NCBI GenBank assembly: GCA_963663405.2
Contig: CAXXSM010000091.1
Span: forward strand, 16,010-80,009
DNA length: 64,000 bases
Origin: a bacterium
GTDB taxonomy: Bacteria; Hinthialibacterota; Hinthialibacteria; Hinthialibacterales; Hinthialibacteraceae
Direction: 5' to 3'
The notes under the pieces are model-generated. The model did no database searches and was not told where the DNA came from. It worked only from the letters and a program-made list of their open reading frames with translations. A program made the translations under genes and the position numbers. Below are positions 54,983 to 64,000 of this stretch, in pieces. Every line of letters starts with the position of its first letter. Position 1 is the stretch's first letter.

Positions 54983-56245
54983 CTATTTCGTGTGGGGCGA
55001 GGGAAGAACCTTGGGAAGATTGAATTCCAACTTGCTTCCAATCAAATAGATGGTAGTGATTAAATTGTTGACGTTGCGATAGCCTCTCGCACGGGCCTTG
55101 GCGGCTTGGATCAGGCTATTCATCCCCTCCAACAGACCATTGTTTGATTCGCGAAGTAAACCAACGCACCACACCAGCCCAGTGCTCCTTGATCGTTTTC
55201 GCGGCCTTGATCATAGGCTCAATCCGGCTGTGAGTCGCCCAATAATACCACTTTTTAAGAAACGATTCCCCCTCCTCCGGATCGTCGAACGAAAACACGT
55301 CTTGGAACACGGATCGCAGATGGTAGGCTTTCACCGTCTTCAATTTGCTCCCTCGTACATCTTGAAAAATTTCGTTCCGTTTCTTCTCTTGCTTGTCCGT
55401 GAGATTCCATTCATTCTTCAGCCAAATATACTTCGTCCCCTTCAATAATTCGGGATAAATCGCTTGGTCTTGTTTGCGCACTTCGTCCACAGCTTGATTG
55501 ATAATCCTCATCAGGTGGTATTCATCAAATGTCATTTCGGCGGCCGGGAAATTGGCTTCAATCCCGGATTGAAACGCCTGGGACATATCCAAACAAAATT
55601 CCTCCACCTGCTCCGCCTTTCCGTTATGCGTCTCTAAAATCCTCTTTGAACGCCCCCACCGTTTGAGCGTCCTTTCCATCGGTGGCAAACATCACGCTGC
55701 GCTCGTCCAAATCCATGAATACGCTGACATAATTGTGCCCTTTGGCCTTTGAGGTCTCATCCACCCCCACCGCCTTCACTCCCGAAAAATCCTCCCTCTC
55801 TCGCGCGTCCATCACATAATGAGTCAGCACTCGCCAAATCAGCGTGTCATATTCTCCGACCACTCGGCTGATCGCATTGGCCGTCCATCCCCATTCTCCG
55901 CCAGTGCCATGACCAACGCTTCAAATAACAACGTTAAATCCCGCCCCCGGACGGGCCCAGGGAAGATTCACTGTCTTGACTTTATGATTGGGACATTTCA
56001 CACGAGGTTGCCGGGCGTGTAAATACGTCTCATACTGAAAGAAATTCAGATGCCTCCAAGTGCGTCGTTTCGTATCATGCACTCCACACAGGTTTCCCGC
56101 ATTCGGGACAGGGAAACAGACTCCCCTCGGGAAAGTCCAGCGTGAGGTGCAAGGTTTTTTTCTTCCTCAGGAAACTCGGCCTGGACGACCTGCCATGGCT
56201 CACTCAAACCTAACGCTAACCGGAATAATTCTTGGTATTCTTCAT
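54983..56245 (-). CDS. ISL3 DDE transposase, split by many indels
   Basis: ELFRLALGLSEPWQV, VGVDETSKAKGHNYVSVF, CLDMSQAF, FDEYHL, NGLLEGMNSLIQAAKARARGYRN. Confidence 0.9.
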
Positions 56246-56256
56246 TCCTCTTCCTT

Positions 56257-56276
56257 CTCTCTCTCTCTCTCTCTCT
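56257..56276. repeat. (CT)10 microsatellite just upstream of the transposase RBS
   Basis: ctctctctctctctctctct; reads (AG)10-AAGGAAGAGGA-ATG on the minus strand. Confidence 0.9.
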
Positions 56277-56599
56277 TGGGATTGGGATCTTTGCCTTTAG
56301 CCTGGGCGGAGGATCGGGACCTTGCGGGGACGCGAACTGAGTGCTGACCAAGAAGACTGTCGAAGGACGGTCTAGCACCGCCCTTCTTGTTAGTTTATCT
56401 CGTCGGGATTGGTACGTAAGCGATATATCTTCGGGAGGATGGAGGAAAGCCTTCCCCAAATCTACCCACTCGATTCAGCGAAGAGCCAATAATTTAGCTG
56501 AGTGTGAATTCACTGATATGCTTATATGGTATTTGGTGACTCATTAAAAGATGCGACCCACCTTTACATATCTCGAAAGTCCTGGAAATCCATTTACAT

Positions 56600-58001
56600 T
56601 TTAAATCAGGTCACCGTTTCATTTACTTTTCTTTCCATCAGAAGAATCCTATTTTATTTCCGCCAAACAATTCAATTCGGCCAAGACCTTACTTCGATAT
56701 TTAATGGAAGAAAAAGCCCCATTCCCTTCCGTGAACTGTTCACTTGCACAGGTATTCATGACCGGCGTTTATTGGCTTCTACAATTCGTGCCTGTTTACG
56801 CTATATCCTCGTATTCGTGTGGTTGTCAAAAGGATGACTGCGATCCGGTCGTGGGAATATGGCCGAATATCGCAAAACGTCTGCATCGTCCTAAACTGAA
56901 GCCACAGCAATCCGTCAAACCAAAGGAGACTTTTCATTCCGCGTTTCAAATGGATGACATGAGTTCTCTCCTGATTGCCTGCTCATCAATGCCGCTTAGA
57001 TTACGTGGCAATGATCAGTCTCTGTTTTCCAGTGCGCAAAAAGAGATCGCGTCTAATCTTCAACCGATTCCGGAATGGTTAAAAAAAGAAATTGAAATGT
57101 CAAATGAAGAACGCATCAATTTTGCTCATGCGATAGTGAACAGCATGGAATTCGTTCGAACGCAAGGGAAAGCAGGCAAAGATCTCCAACTCGAAATTAC
57201 TGCAAAAGGATCGGATTGGCTCGCCTTAAGCCCTAAAAAACGACTGAAGAGTGTTTTTAACATAATTATTAAATGGGGCAATCAACACGTTGAACGGTTC
57301 TGTGCTCAATGAGCGTGGCCGAGGGAAATCAATTTCATATACGATCAATTGGGATTGGTTTTATCCAAAATGATGATGAGTTAGAAAAATTATGGAAATT
57401 GATAGTAACAAATTTTTTAAAATGGAGGTTGATCCCATTTGGCGGAGCGAAAGCAGGCTGTCTAAAAAATAATAGGATTTGTTTTTCTCTAACCGACGCA
57501 GGACGTTATTTACTTGGAATCGATACGGATTTTGAGTATGGAGTCGATGAAGAAAAACAGATAATTGTTCAACCCAATTTCGATATAGTCTTTCTTTCGC
57601 CTTCTCCAATAGCAGAATCTATGTTAAGCCGGTTCTCGGTACGCACCGGAAAAAAAATCGGAGCGATTTTCAAAATCACACAACAATCGATTTTCAAGGC
57701 GGCTTATTCAGGGATGACATCATCGGATGTAATGAGCATTTTGAAGGAGTGTGTTACTAAGAAAATTCCGTCCAATGTCGAACGGGAAATAAAAGGTTGG
57801 ATAAACCGGTGTCGGCGGATTCATGTTCACTCCTCTATCCTTATCCGGCGCCCAGATTCTGAGACAGCTGGCCGAGTGATGTCTGTTGGAGGAAGAAAAG
57901 TCGAATTAATCACAGATACAATTGTTGAATTGAAAGATCCAAAGCAAAAAAATGCTCTACTTCGAAATCTGCGAGAACGAGGTTTTTTTTTGGATTCGTA
58001 A
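56600..58001 (+). pseudogene. Truncated and frameshifted XPB/Ssl2-like helicase-associated domain protein (Helicase_C_3)
   Basis: C-terminal piece IIVQPNFDIVFLSP...FKITQQSIFKAAYSG...IPSNVEREIKGW; upstream pieces in shifting frames with no clear start. Confidence 0.7.
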
Positions 58002-58271
58002 GTGGACAAAATATCGTGTAGAAAAAAACTTATTCCGCTATTCAAACTTAGACTAATTAATGTAGAGATTTACATTAATCGACGATTTCGGATTCCACTC
58101 CATAAATGACATCGCGCATCGGGATTATTGAAACTCTTTAAGGACCGGTGTGAAAAACGATCGACGGCGCCGCTTCTACCACAGCCTGCTACACTAAGTC
58201 AAAGCAATCAACGTTGAATCTAAACCGGTCAGTGTTACGGGAATTGCTTCTCTGAATCGAGAAAACCGAAA

Positions 58272-58862
58272 TTATTCATAATGCGTAAACGTATATGGAT
58301 ATCCTTCTGTTAAATGACCCTGTATGGGGGTAAGAATATCTCCGCTACTGGTGATTCCATTCGACGCGTCATATAAAGATGCATAGGGATGGGGTTGATC
58401 AAATAATTGGTTAGGACCATAGCTATACGTAAAGAAAGCCGCATTTCGATTCGATTCATAAAATTCAAGATTGTTCTTAACAGCAATAGACCATATTCCA
58501 TTATTCCAAAATGCGCTTGATTCACAATGATATTGACCTTGATGGTAAGGCCAGTTTGGTTCCTTTAATACTTTTTCTTTTGGAGAAAAAATATCGATCA
58601 TTGATGTTGTCAAATAAGCTATGGGTGTAGTGACATAGCGATGCTGAGCCGGATCCCTATCGACATGAGGAGGCCAATTGTTGTTGTCCATTTTATACAT
58701 CACATAAGCGCTGGCGAGTGATTTTTCTTCTGAGATGACTCGATTTACTTTTGCGCGAATCTGTGCGTTTAGAAAATTGGGCACAGCAATGGCCGCTAAG
58801 ATTCCAATAATGGCTACTACAATCAGTAATTCAATTAACGTGAATCCATCGAGTTGTTTCAT
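58272..58862 (-). CDS. Prepilin-type N-terminal cleavage/methylation protein (GspG-like pseudopilin)
   Basis: MKQLDG|FTLIELLIVVAIIGILAAIAVPNFLNAQIRAKV; LTTPIAY-like VTTPIAYL; SYGPN; YDASNGITSSGDI. Confidence 0.92.
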   Translation of the reverse strand: MKQLDGFTLIELLIVVAIIGILAAIAVPNFLNAQIRAKVNRVISEEKSLASAYVMYKMDNNNWPPHVDRDPAQHRYVTTPIAYLTTSMIDIFSPKEKVLKEPNWPYHQGQYHCESSAFWNNGIWSIAVKNNLEFYESNRNAAFFTYSYGPNQLFDQPHPYASLYDASNGITSSGDILTPIQGHLTEGYPYTFTHYE

Positions 58863-58915
58863 GATACTTTCCTCTAGATACAACGATTTTCAGAATTGAC
58901 TGTAGTGTCTTATGA

Positions 58916-61036
58916 CTAATACATCTGCCAGAGTTTTGCATCGATACTACTTTTGTTGAGAGAAAGCGCCCACATGTCTTCCACGTAGTACGCTTGATCA
59001 TCTTGCACTGTCCAACCACCGAATATTACAAACCGTTTCCGTTTGGAGTCATACACACCACCATGCATCATCCGTATTGTTGGTTTAGGAGAGAGTTCGA
59101 TATGTTCCCAGTGTTCCCCATCCCAGGTCCAGAAATCATCTTTGTTTACTTCATTTTGCCCATGTTCCCAGTATTGATTAGGTCTTCCACCTCCGTATAA
59201 TAAATTTTTACCTAAAAAAGGGATATAAAGAAAACTTGGAAAAAATTTAATTGGAGAGGGTCTGGGTTGGATGGAACCTTCGTCTGTTTCAATCCATTGA
59301 TTGTTTTCCAATTCCAGGATTCTCGTTGAATAGTCTGTATCAGGAACGAAAGCAGCGCCTTCTTCAACAAGAGGGCATTGCTGTTATCTTTTGCCGGTTC
59401 TCATCATATGTTATTCTATCTGTAACTAACATTGGGCCATCTTCGGCAACTAGCTGGTTCCATCGACTACCATCCCAGCTCCAGGTATCGCTCCTTGCAT
59501 TCCCTCCCATATTCCCTCCAAGCATAATGATACTCTGCGATACTGGATCATATTCCATTGAAGCGCTTGCCCGATAAAGAGGATCGGAAACATTCGTATA
59601 ATTGTCCCAAAACTCGCCATCCCAGATCCATGTTTCACCTTTAAATTGCCAACGAAAAGGTTGCTCAGGATCAGGATAGGGGATAGCGCCACCGAAGAGC
59701 ACCGTCACACCGCGAGCTGGATCATAGGCCATTGCATGAAAAGCAATGGGAGGACCATCTTCAGATACTAGTTGCCAATTTTCGCCATCGTATTCCCATG
59801 TATCTGACAAAATAATCCTTTCTTTATTTCCAACTTGATTAATAGGATCACCCTCTCCCTGTAACACATACCCGCCATGCAACACAATTCCGGTCCCGTT
59901 GGCTGTCATACACCATATTAAAAGCCATACGTGGAGATGGTTGAGTATCGGGGGTGAGTTCTGTCCATTGCAGCCCTTGTGCCGCCGCCACATGCAGTCC
60001 AAATAGTGAAACAATCGCGCACAGCATGAATAACATAGCCATTGAAGTAAACGATAACCGCTCTAATGATCTGTTTTTATCCAATATTCTCATGAGTCTC
60101 CTCCTAATGAACGTTTTGTAGTCAATCATTCCAAGTGCGGAGGGCGCAAAATCGGGCAGGTTATTCACCTGCATCACCAATCCGAAAAAACCCTCACCAC
60201 ACTCCTTTCGTGACGCCTTGCTCCATCGCAAGGCGGCATCGTCACAGGCGTACTCGCGTTGTTGATCGATCATGTTGTTTACCCACCAAACCAATGGATG
60301 GAAGAAAAACAATACCCGTGTGATGTTTTGTAAAAAGGAAACCAGACTATCCCAGCGATGGATATGCGCCAATTCATGCAACAGGATGAACCGCAGCTGT
60401 TGATGGGAGTATTGCTCATTCATCAATTTCGGGATGGCAATAACAGGATGAAAAATTCCGTACATTATGGGCGCCTTAACCCAATCTCCGGTTACCCACC
60501 GCACATGTCTTTTAATTCCGGTTTGTTTTTGCAAGGCTTGCAAATCAAATGACAAACATGTTCGATCCAATGGGATGGTGTTCTTGATCATGAAGAGAGA
60601 TTTCCATTCAATCCAAAACAGGCGCAATCCAAACAAAATGACACCGAATCCCCACACTCCGAACAACATGGTTGGAACTGAAACCGGAGTTGGGGAGACC
60701 TCCTTCAATGTGGATTCAGGCTTTGAAACCACTTTGTTATCACTGAGGGATTCATCCGCCACTCCGTCCATTAAGGTACCATTGAATTGGATAGGCGCTC
60801 CAAGTTTTGCTGGCATCTCTTTCATGGATATGAAATGATCTATGAAGGAGAATTGAGGGGGAACAATAAGTTTGATTATCAAAAGCAGAAACGAGAAGAT
60901 ATCCAAACTGGGAACTGACACGCTTGTGTATGAAAAACCATACCAATCCGATGAAACCAAACGCCAAGATGAAGTCTAACGAACGCAAGACCATGAATTT
61001 CATCCAGTGTTCAGAAAAATTAGATAGTGTCTCCAT
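58916..61036 (-). CDS. BlaR1/MecR1-type M56 peptidase fused to a Kelch-repeat domain (frameshifted), ending SSIDAKLWQMY
   Basis: Pieces 60752-61090, 59848-60960, 59364-60014, 58916-59311; ILLHELAHIHRWD, FFFHPLVWW, REYACD; Kelch blades MAYDPARGVTVLFGG, DTWSWDGSRW, YDSKRKRFVIFGG. Confidence 0.85.
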
Positions 61037-61427
61037 CATCCTCCTCCTCTTCAACATATTGATCCAACATATCCCGCAATTTGCGAGCATCCTTATGGTC
61101 TAAATTACCTTTCTTCACCATGTGAAACATCAAGGATGCCGACATCTTAGATGGTGTGTCTTCAAGCAGTTCTTCCGCTGCTTCGCAGATGGTGTCTTTC
61201 ATGGTTGAGATAGGTTCATACAAGTAACTATTACCAATCTGTTTCGTTTTAAGATGTCTTTTATCGACCAAGCGCCTTAAAACCGTCTTGGTAGTCACAG
61301 GCTGCCAGCCGTACTTTTCCTGGATGATGGTATACACATCACGAGCCGCACATGCTTGTAACTCCCATACAATTTTCATTACTTTCCATTCAGCAACACT
61401 CAGGTTTTCGGGACGTTGATTCAACAT
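61020..61427 (-). CDS. BlaI/MecI/CopY family transcriptional repressor
   Basis: LSVAEWKVMKIVW, WQPVTTKTVLRRLVDK, GNSYLYEP; directly upstream of the M56 gene. Confidence 0.93.
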   Translation of the reverse strand: MLNQRPENLSVAEWKVMKIVWELQACAARDVYTIIQEKYGWQPVTTKTVLRRLVDKRHLKTKQIGNSYLYEPISTMKDTICEAAEELLEDTPSKMSASLMFHMVKKGNLDHKDARKLRDMLDQYVEEEEDDGDTI

Positions 61428-61439
61428 AAATACACCTCT

Positions 61440-61499
61440 ATAACGATTATCTGTTAGCGCTAACGATTACGATCATAATCTAAAAATGATATATGTCAA
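61440..61499 (-). promoter_or_regulatory. blaI promoter with overlapping candidate operator repeats
   Basis: Minus strand TTGACA-N16-TATGAT (61499-61472); TAACGATTA twice (61441, 61461); imperfect palindrome GATTAC-GATC-ATAATC over the -10. Confidence 0.65.
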
Positions 61500-61811
61500 C
61501 AACTTTTTTTAAAATTATTACTTTTTTTATGATTGAAAAAGATATGAATAATTGAATGAATATGACTAAATATCTGATATTCTTATGTATAAGAACATAT
61601 TAATAATCTTGAACACCGATTTTCGCGGGGTGTGGAGCCGTCATAATTAGACCAAGATTTGGGCGGGTATTAGGCGGGATCATGGCGTATATAGTATCCG
61701 AATGCGCCTTCCTTCCAGCCATAGGATTTCAAACGGTTTCTGCAGTTTCTTGATTCCAAGCAAGAGAGGCGTATGAGCCTGCTTGCGGATGCGCACCTCA
61801 AAATTTTGCCC

Positions 61812-61934
61812 ATCGAAATGTCTACGAACATCCTCCACTGGAACAGGATGCCCGCCTTTTTGGATATGTTCCTTGATACGGGAAATTCAAACCTCTGAAG
61901 ATCCCACGAATAGATATACAATTTTGTATTATCC
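61812..61934 (-). pseudogene. Short remnant of a zeta-toxin-like/COG4185 P-loop ATPase
   Basis: Frame reads G*YKIVYLFVGSSEV*ISRIKEHIQKGGHPVPVEDVRRHF, matching the family motif R-V-x-x-G-G-H-x-V-P-x-x-x-I-x-R-R-F; two in-frame stops. Confidence 0.55.
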
Positions 61935-62007
61935 TTGATTAATCGTATCATGTCAGTCATATGAAGTGATATAGTAACAATAATCAATAGACAAGGCGTT
62001 ACTGAGC

Positions 62008-62127
62008 GAATTCTCCCCCAAGCCTGGCGGGAGTAAGAGGGGGATTGAGCATCGATAGAACAATCCCTTCCTAACCTTCCCCAAGCTTGGGGGAGGAATC
62101 TATCATTTCAACTGACTGATCAATTAC
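62008..62127 (+). repeat. Dispersed repeat family B (MITE/REP-like), copy 2, left end eroded
   Basis: ctcccccaagcctggcgggag...tgagcatcgatagaacaatcc...ccccaagcttgggggagg...tttcaactgactgatcaattac aligns with the reverse complement of 49103-49243. Confidence 0.8.
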
Positions 62128-62158
62128 AAAAAATCAATTTTCTAAAGGTATACTTCTT

Positions 62159-63730
62159 ATGTACCGGTTCAAGTATTTATTCATCACTTTTACTTTATCC
62201 TTGCTAACATCTTATTCCCCTGAATTTTATCAACCATTAATCCCACCAAGAGATTTGCAGGTGATTGTGCATCGAGGGATTACCAAATCCGCTCCGGAAA
62301 ATACGATCCCTGCGTTGCAAGCCGCGATAGACGCAAATATAGAATGGGTAGAGATTGATGTTCGTTTAACTCGTGATGGGCGTCATGCGCTGCTGCACGA
62401 TTCCACACTCGATCGAACAACCAATGGCGCCGGACAAGTCGCTGATATTGATTTGGCGGCCTTGAAGGATCTCGATGCGGGTTCTTGGTTCGCGCCTCGC
62501 TATGCAGGAACTCGGATTCCAACACTAAAAGAAGTGTTAGAATATTGTAAAAACAAAATCAACCTTTATATTGATGCTAAAGCGATTGATCCAAAGCAAA
62601 TCGTCAAAGAGATTATCGAAACCAGGATGGAACGGCAGGTTGTTGTTTTTGATTCACCCGAACGATTGAAAGAAATCAAACGGTTGTCCAATGGCAAGAT
62701 CGCTGTGATGCCAAGTATCAACAAGCGTTTAGACGCAGAGTACTGGGTAGAGACGCTCCATCCAGAAGCGGTGGAAATTCATGCCAATTTACTCACGGCT
62801 GACTTAGTCCAAGCGTTTCACAAAGCAGGAGTGATTGTCCAATCGCAAACGCTTGGAGAACGCGACAATCCTGACATTTGGCGCACTTGTTTTGCGATGG
62901 GCGTTGATTGGATTCAAACCGATTATGGTGAGAACGTTTTAGCGGAATACCTTGATTACCGGACTGGTGGAAAGCGTCCCATCAAGGTCTCCGCTCATCG
63001 AGGGGCCAACCAGTTTGCCCCGGAAAATACGCTAGCCGCGTATCGAAAAGCCATTCAACTTCGAGTGGATTATATTGAAATCGATGTTCGTACAACACAA
63101 GACGGTCATCTAATTTCTCTTCACGACCGCACACTGAATCGAACCACAAATGGAACCGGTCCCGTGAACAAAATATCTTTTAAAGATCTTCGTTCCCTTT
63201 CCGCCGGAGCCTGGTTTGGCCATGATTTTCAATGTGAGAAAGTACCAACCATTGAAGAAATTTGTATATTGTTGAATGAAATGAACAACCAATTCTCCAC
63301 TGAATTGAAATCACGTGAAGTAAACCTATATTTGGACTGCAAAGATATCGACACCGAAAAACTCGTCTCCGTTTTACACGCTTACAAAAAACTTGATAAC
63401 GCTGTATTTCATGGATCCCCAAACGTTCTATTGGAGATACGCCGATTGGCGCCGAATGCGAGACTAATGCCTTCTTTGGAACAACCAGCGGATCTAAATC
63501 CTAGCGCGGAGAGGCTTCGGCCTTTCGCATTGGATACTCGATGGTCTATCCTCACAAAATCGCTGATCAAACAGGCGCATCAAAGGCAAATCCAAATTTT
63601 TTCCGACGCGATGGGTGAGAATGAAATGGTTGAACACTACCGGCAAGCCATTCATCAGGGAATCGATACCATTCAGACGAATCAAATACTTCGAGTTTAT
63701 CGGGCATTAGAATTGGAAATGTATTATTAA
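62159..63730 (+). CDS. Glycerophosphodiester phosphodiesterase with two tandem GDPD domains
   Basis: HRG...PENT...EIDVRLTRDG...HDSTLDRTTNG, then HRG...PENT...EIDVRTTQDG...HDRTLNRTTNG; IQTD/IQTN ends. Confidence 0.93.
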   Translation: MYRFKYLFITFTLSLLTSYSPEFYQPLIPPRDLQVIVHRGITKSAPENTIPALQAAIDANIEWVEIDVRLTRDGRHALLHDSTLDRTTNGAGQVADIDLAALKDLDAGSWFAPRYAGTRIPTLKEVLEYCKNKINLYIDAKAIDPKQIVKEIIETRMERQVVVFDSPERLKEIKRLSNGKIAVMPSINKRLDAEYWVETLHPEAVEIHANLLTADLVQAFHKAGVIVQSQTLGERDNPDIWRTCFAMGVDWIQTDYGENVLAEYLDYRTGGKRPIKVSAHRGANQFAPENTLAAYRKAIQLRVDYIEIDVRTTQDGHLISLHDRTLNRTTNGTGPVNKISFKDLRSLSAGAWFGHDFQCEKVPTIEEICILLNEMNNQFSTELKSREVNLYLDCKDIDTEKLVSVLHAYKKLDNAVFHGSPNVLLEIRRLAPNARLMPSLEQPADLNPSAERLRPFALDTRWSILTKSLIKQAHQRQIQIFSDAMGENEMVEHYRQAIHQGIDTIQTNQILRVYRALELEMYY

Positions 63731-64000
63731 TAGGTTGTCGTTTTTTTTCTTAAATGATTAAGATTTAGTATACTCCGATCGTAAAATCCCACATAAAACC
63801 TTAATATTCATACCTAAATACCCTCCAACGTTACACTTAAAGATTCGATTTTCTGGTTATAGACTCTAGAGGATTCTATAGAGTTACCAAATTCATAATA
63901 CTTGCGTTCCACATGAAGAAATCCAATCGAAATTACGTCAAAAAAAAGGGAAAGAATATGGTGGTGAGCCCATCGTCTTCTCATTCCAGTTGGCGGCTTT

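Larger units (their letters stand above)
54491..56487 (-). mobile_element. ISL3-family insertion sequence (extended, ~2.0 kb)
   Basis: Terminal IRs gcctcttcgctatttcatgtgggtaga (54491-54517) and ggctcttcgctgaatcgagtgggtaga (reverse complement of 56461-56487); 8-bp target duplication AATAATTT at 54483-54490 and 56488-56495. Confidence 0.93.

Noticed and set aside
56246-56459. Long N-terminal extension of the transposase containing ERERER
   Set aside because: It comes from reading through the IS leader and the (AG)10 tract; ISL3 similarity starts near 56245.
61670-61987. 105-aa ORF upstream of blaI
   Set aside because: It has no recognisable motif; the protein-like signal is in another frame (zeta-like relic).
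46198-64000. Integrative island at tRNA-Asn
   Set aside because: The content is accessory-like, but I saw no integrase and no repeat of the tRNA 3' end in the window.

Overview
A bacterial chromosomal window, probably a long-read assembly: two stretches (about 21.4-29.2 kb and 41-61 kb) carry many single-base indels that split otherwise intact genes. From left to right it holds a large secreted metzincin, small membrane genes, and an ~18 kb Wzx/Wzy-type polysaccharide locus (8.5-26.2 kb: two sulfotransferases, WecB, FnlABC for UDP-L-FucNAc, a deleted wbuB, a nucleotidyltransferase and a DegT aminotransferase). Next come an ExeA-like ATPase with LysM, secreted repeat proteins, housekeeping genes (PPi-type phosphofructokinase, creatininase-family enzyme, rpoD, nucleoside MFS) and tRNA-Asn. 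The accessory stretch after the tRNA has an ABC exporter, a chemoreceptor, a heparinase II/III-like lyase, a composite ISL3 element with an 8-bp target duplication, a helicase-associated remnant, a pseudopilin, BlaI with a BlaR1-Kelch fusion, and a tandem GDPD. Most notable: (1) three unrelated exported proteins end in the same short motif [TS]-[SA]-[IV]-x(2-4)-W-x-[IM]-[YW], a candidate lineage-specific sorting signal; (2) two families of structured dispersed intergenic repeats; (3) an ISL3 that moved as a 2-kb unit carrying a decayed second copy of its own 3' end and a multi-stem spacer. No CRISPR array, rRNA or integrase was seen. All family assignments come from motif recognition by eye, not from database searches.
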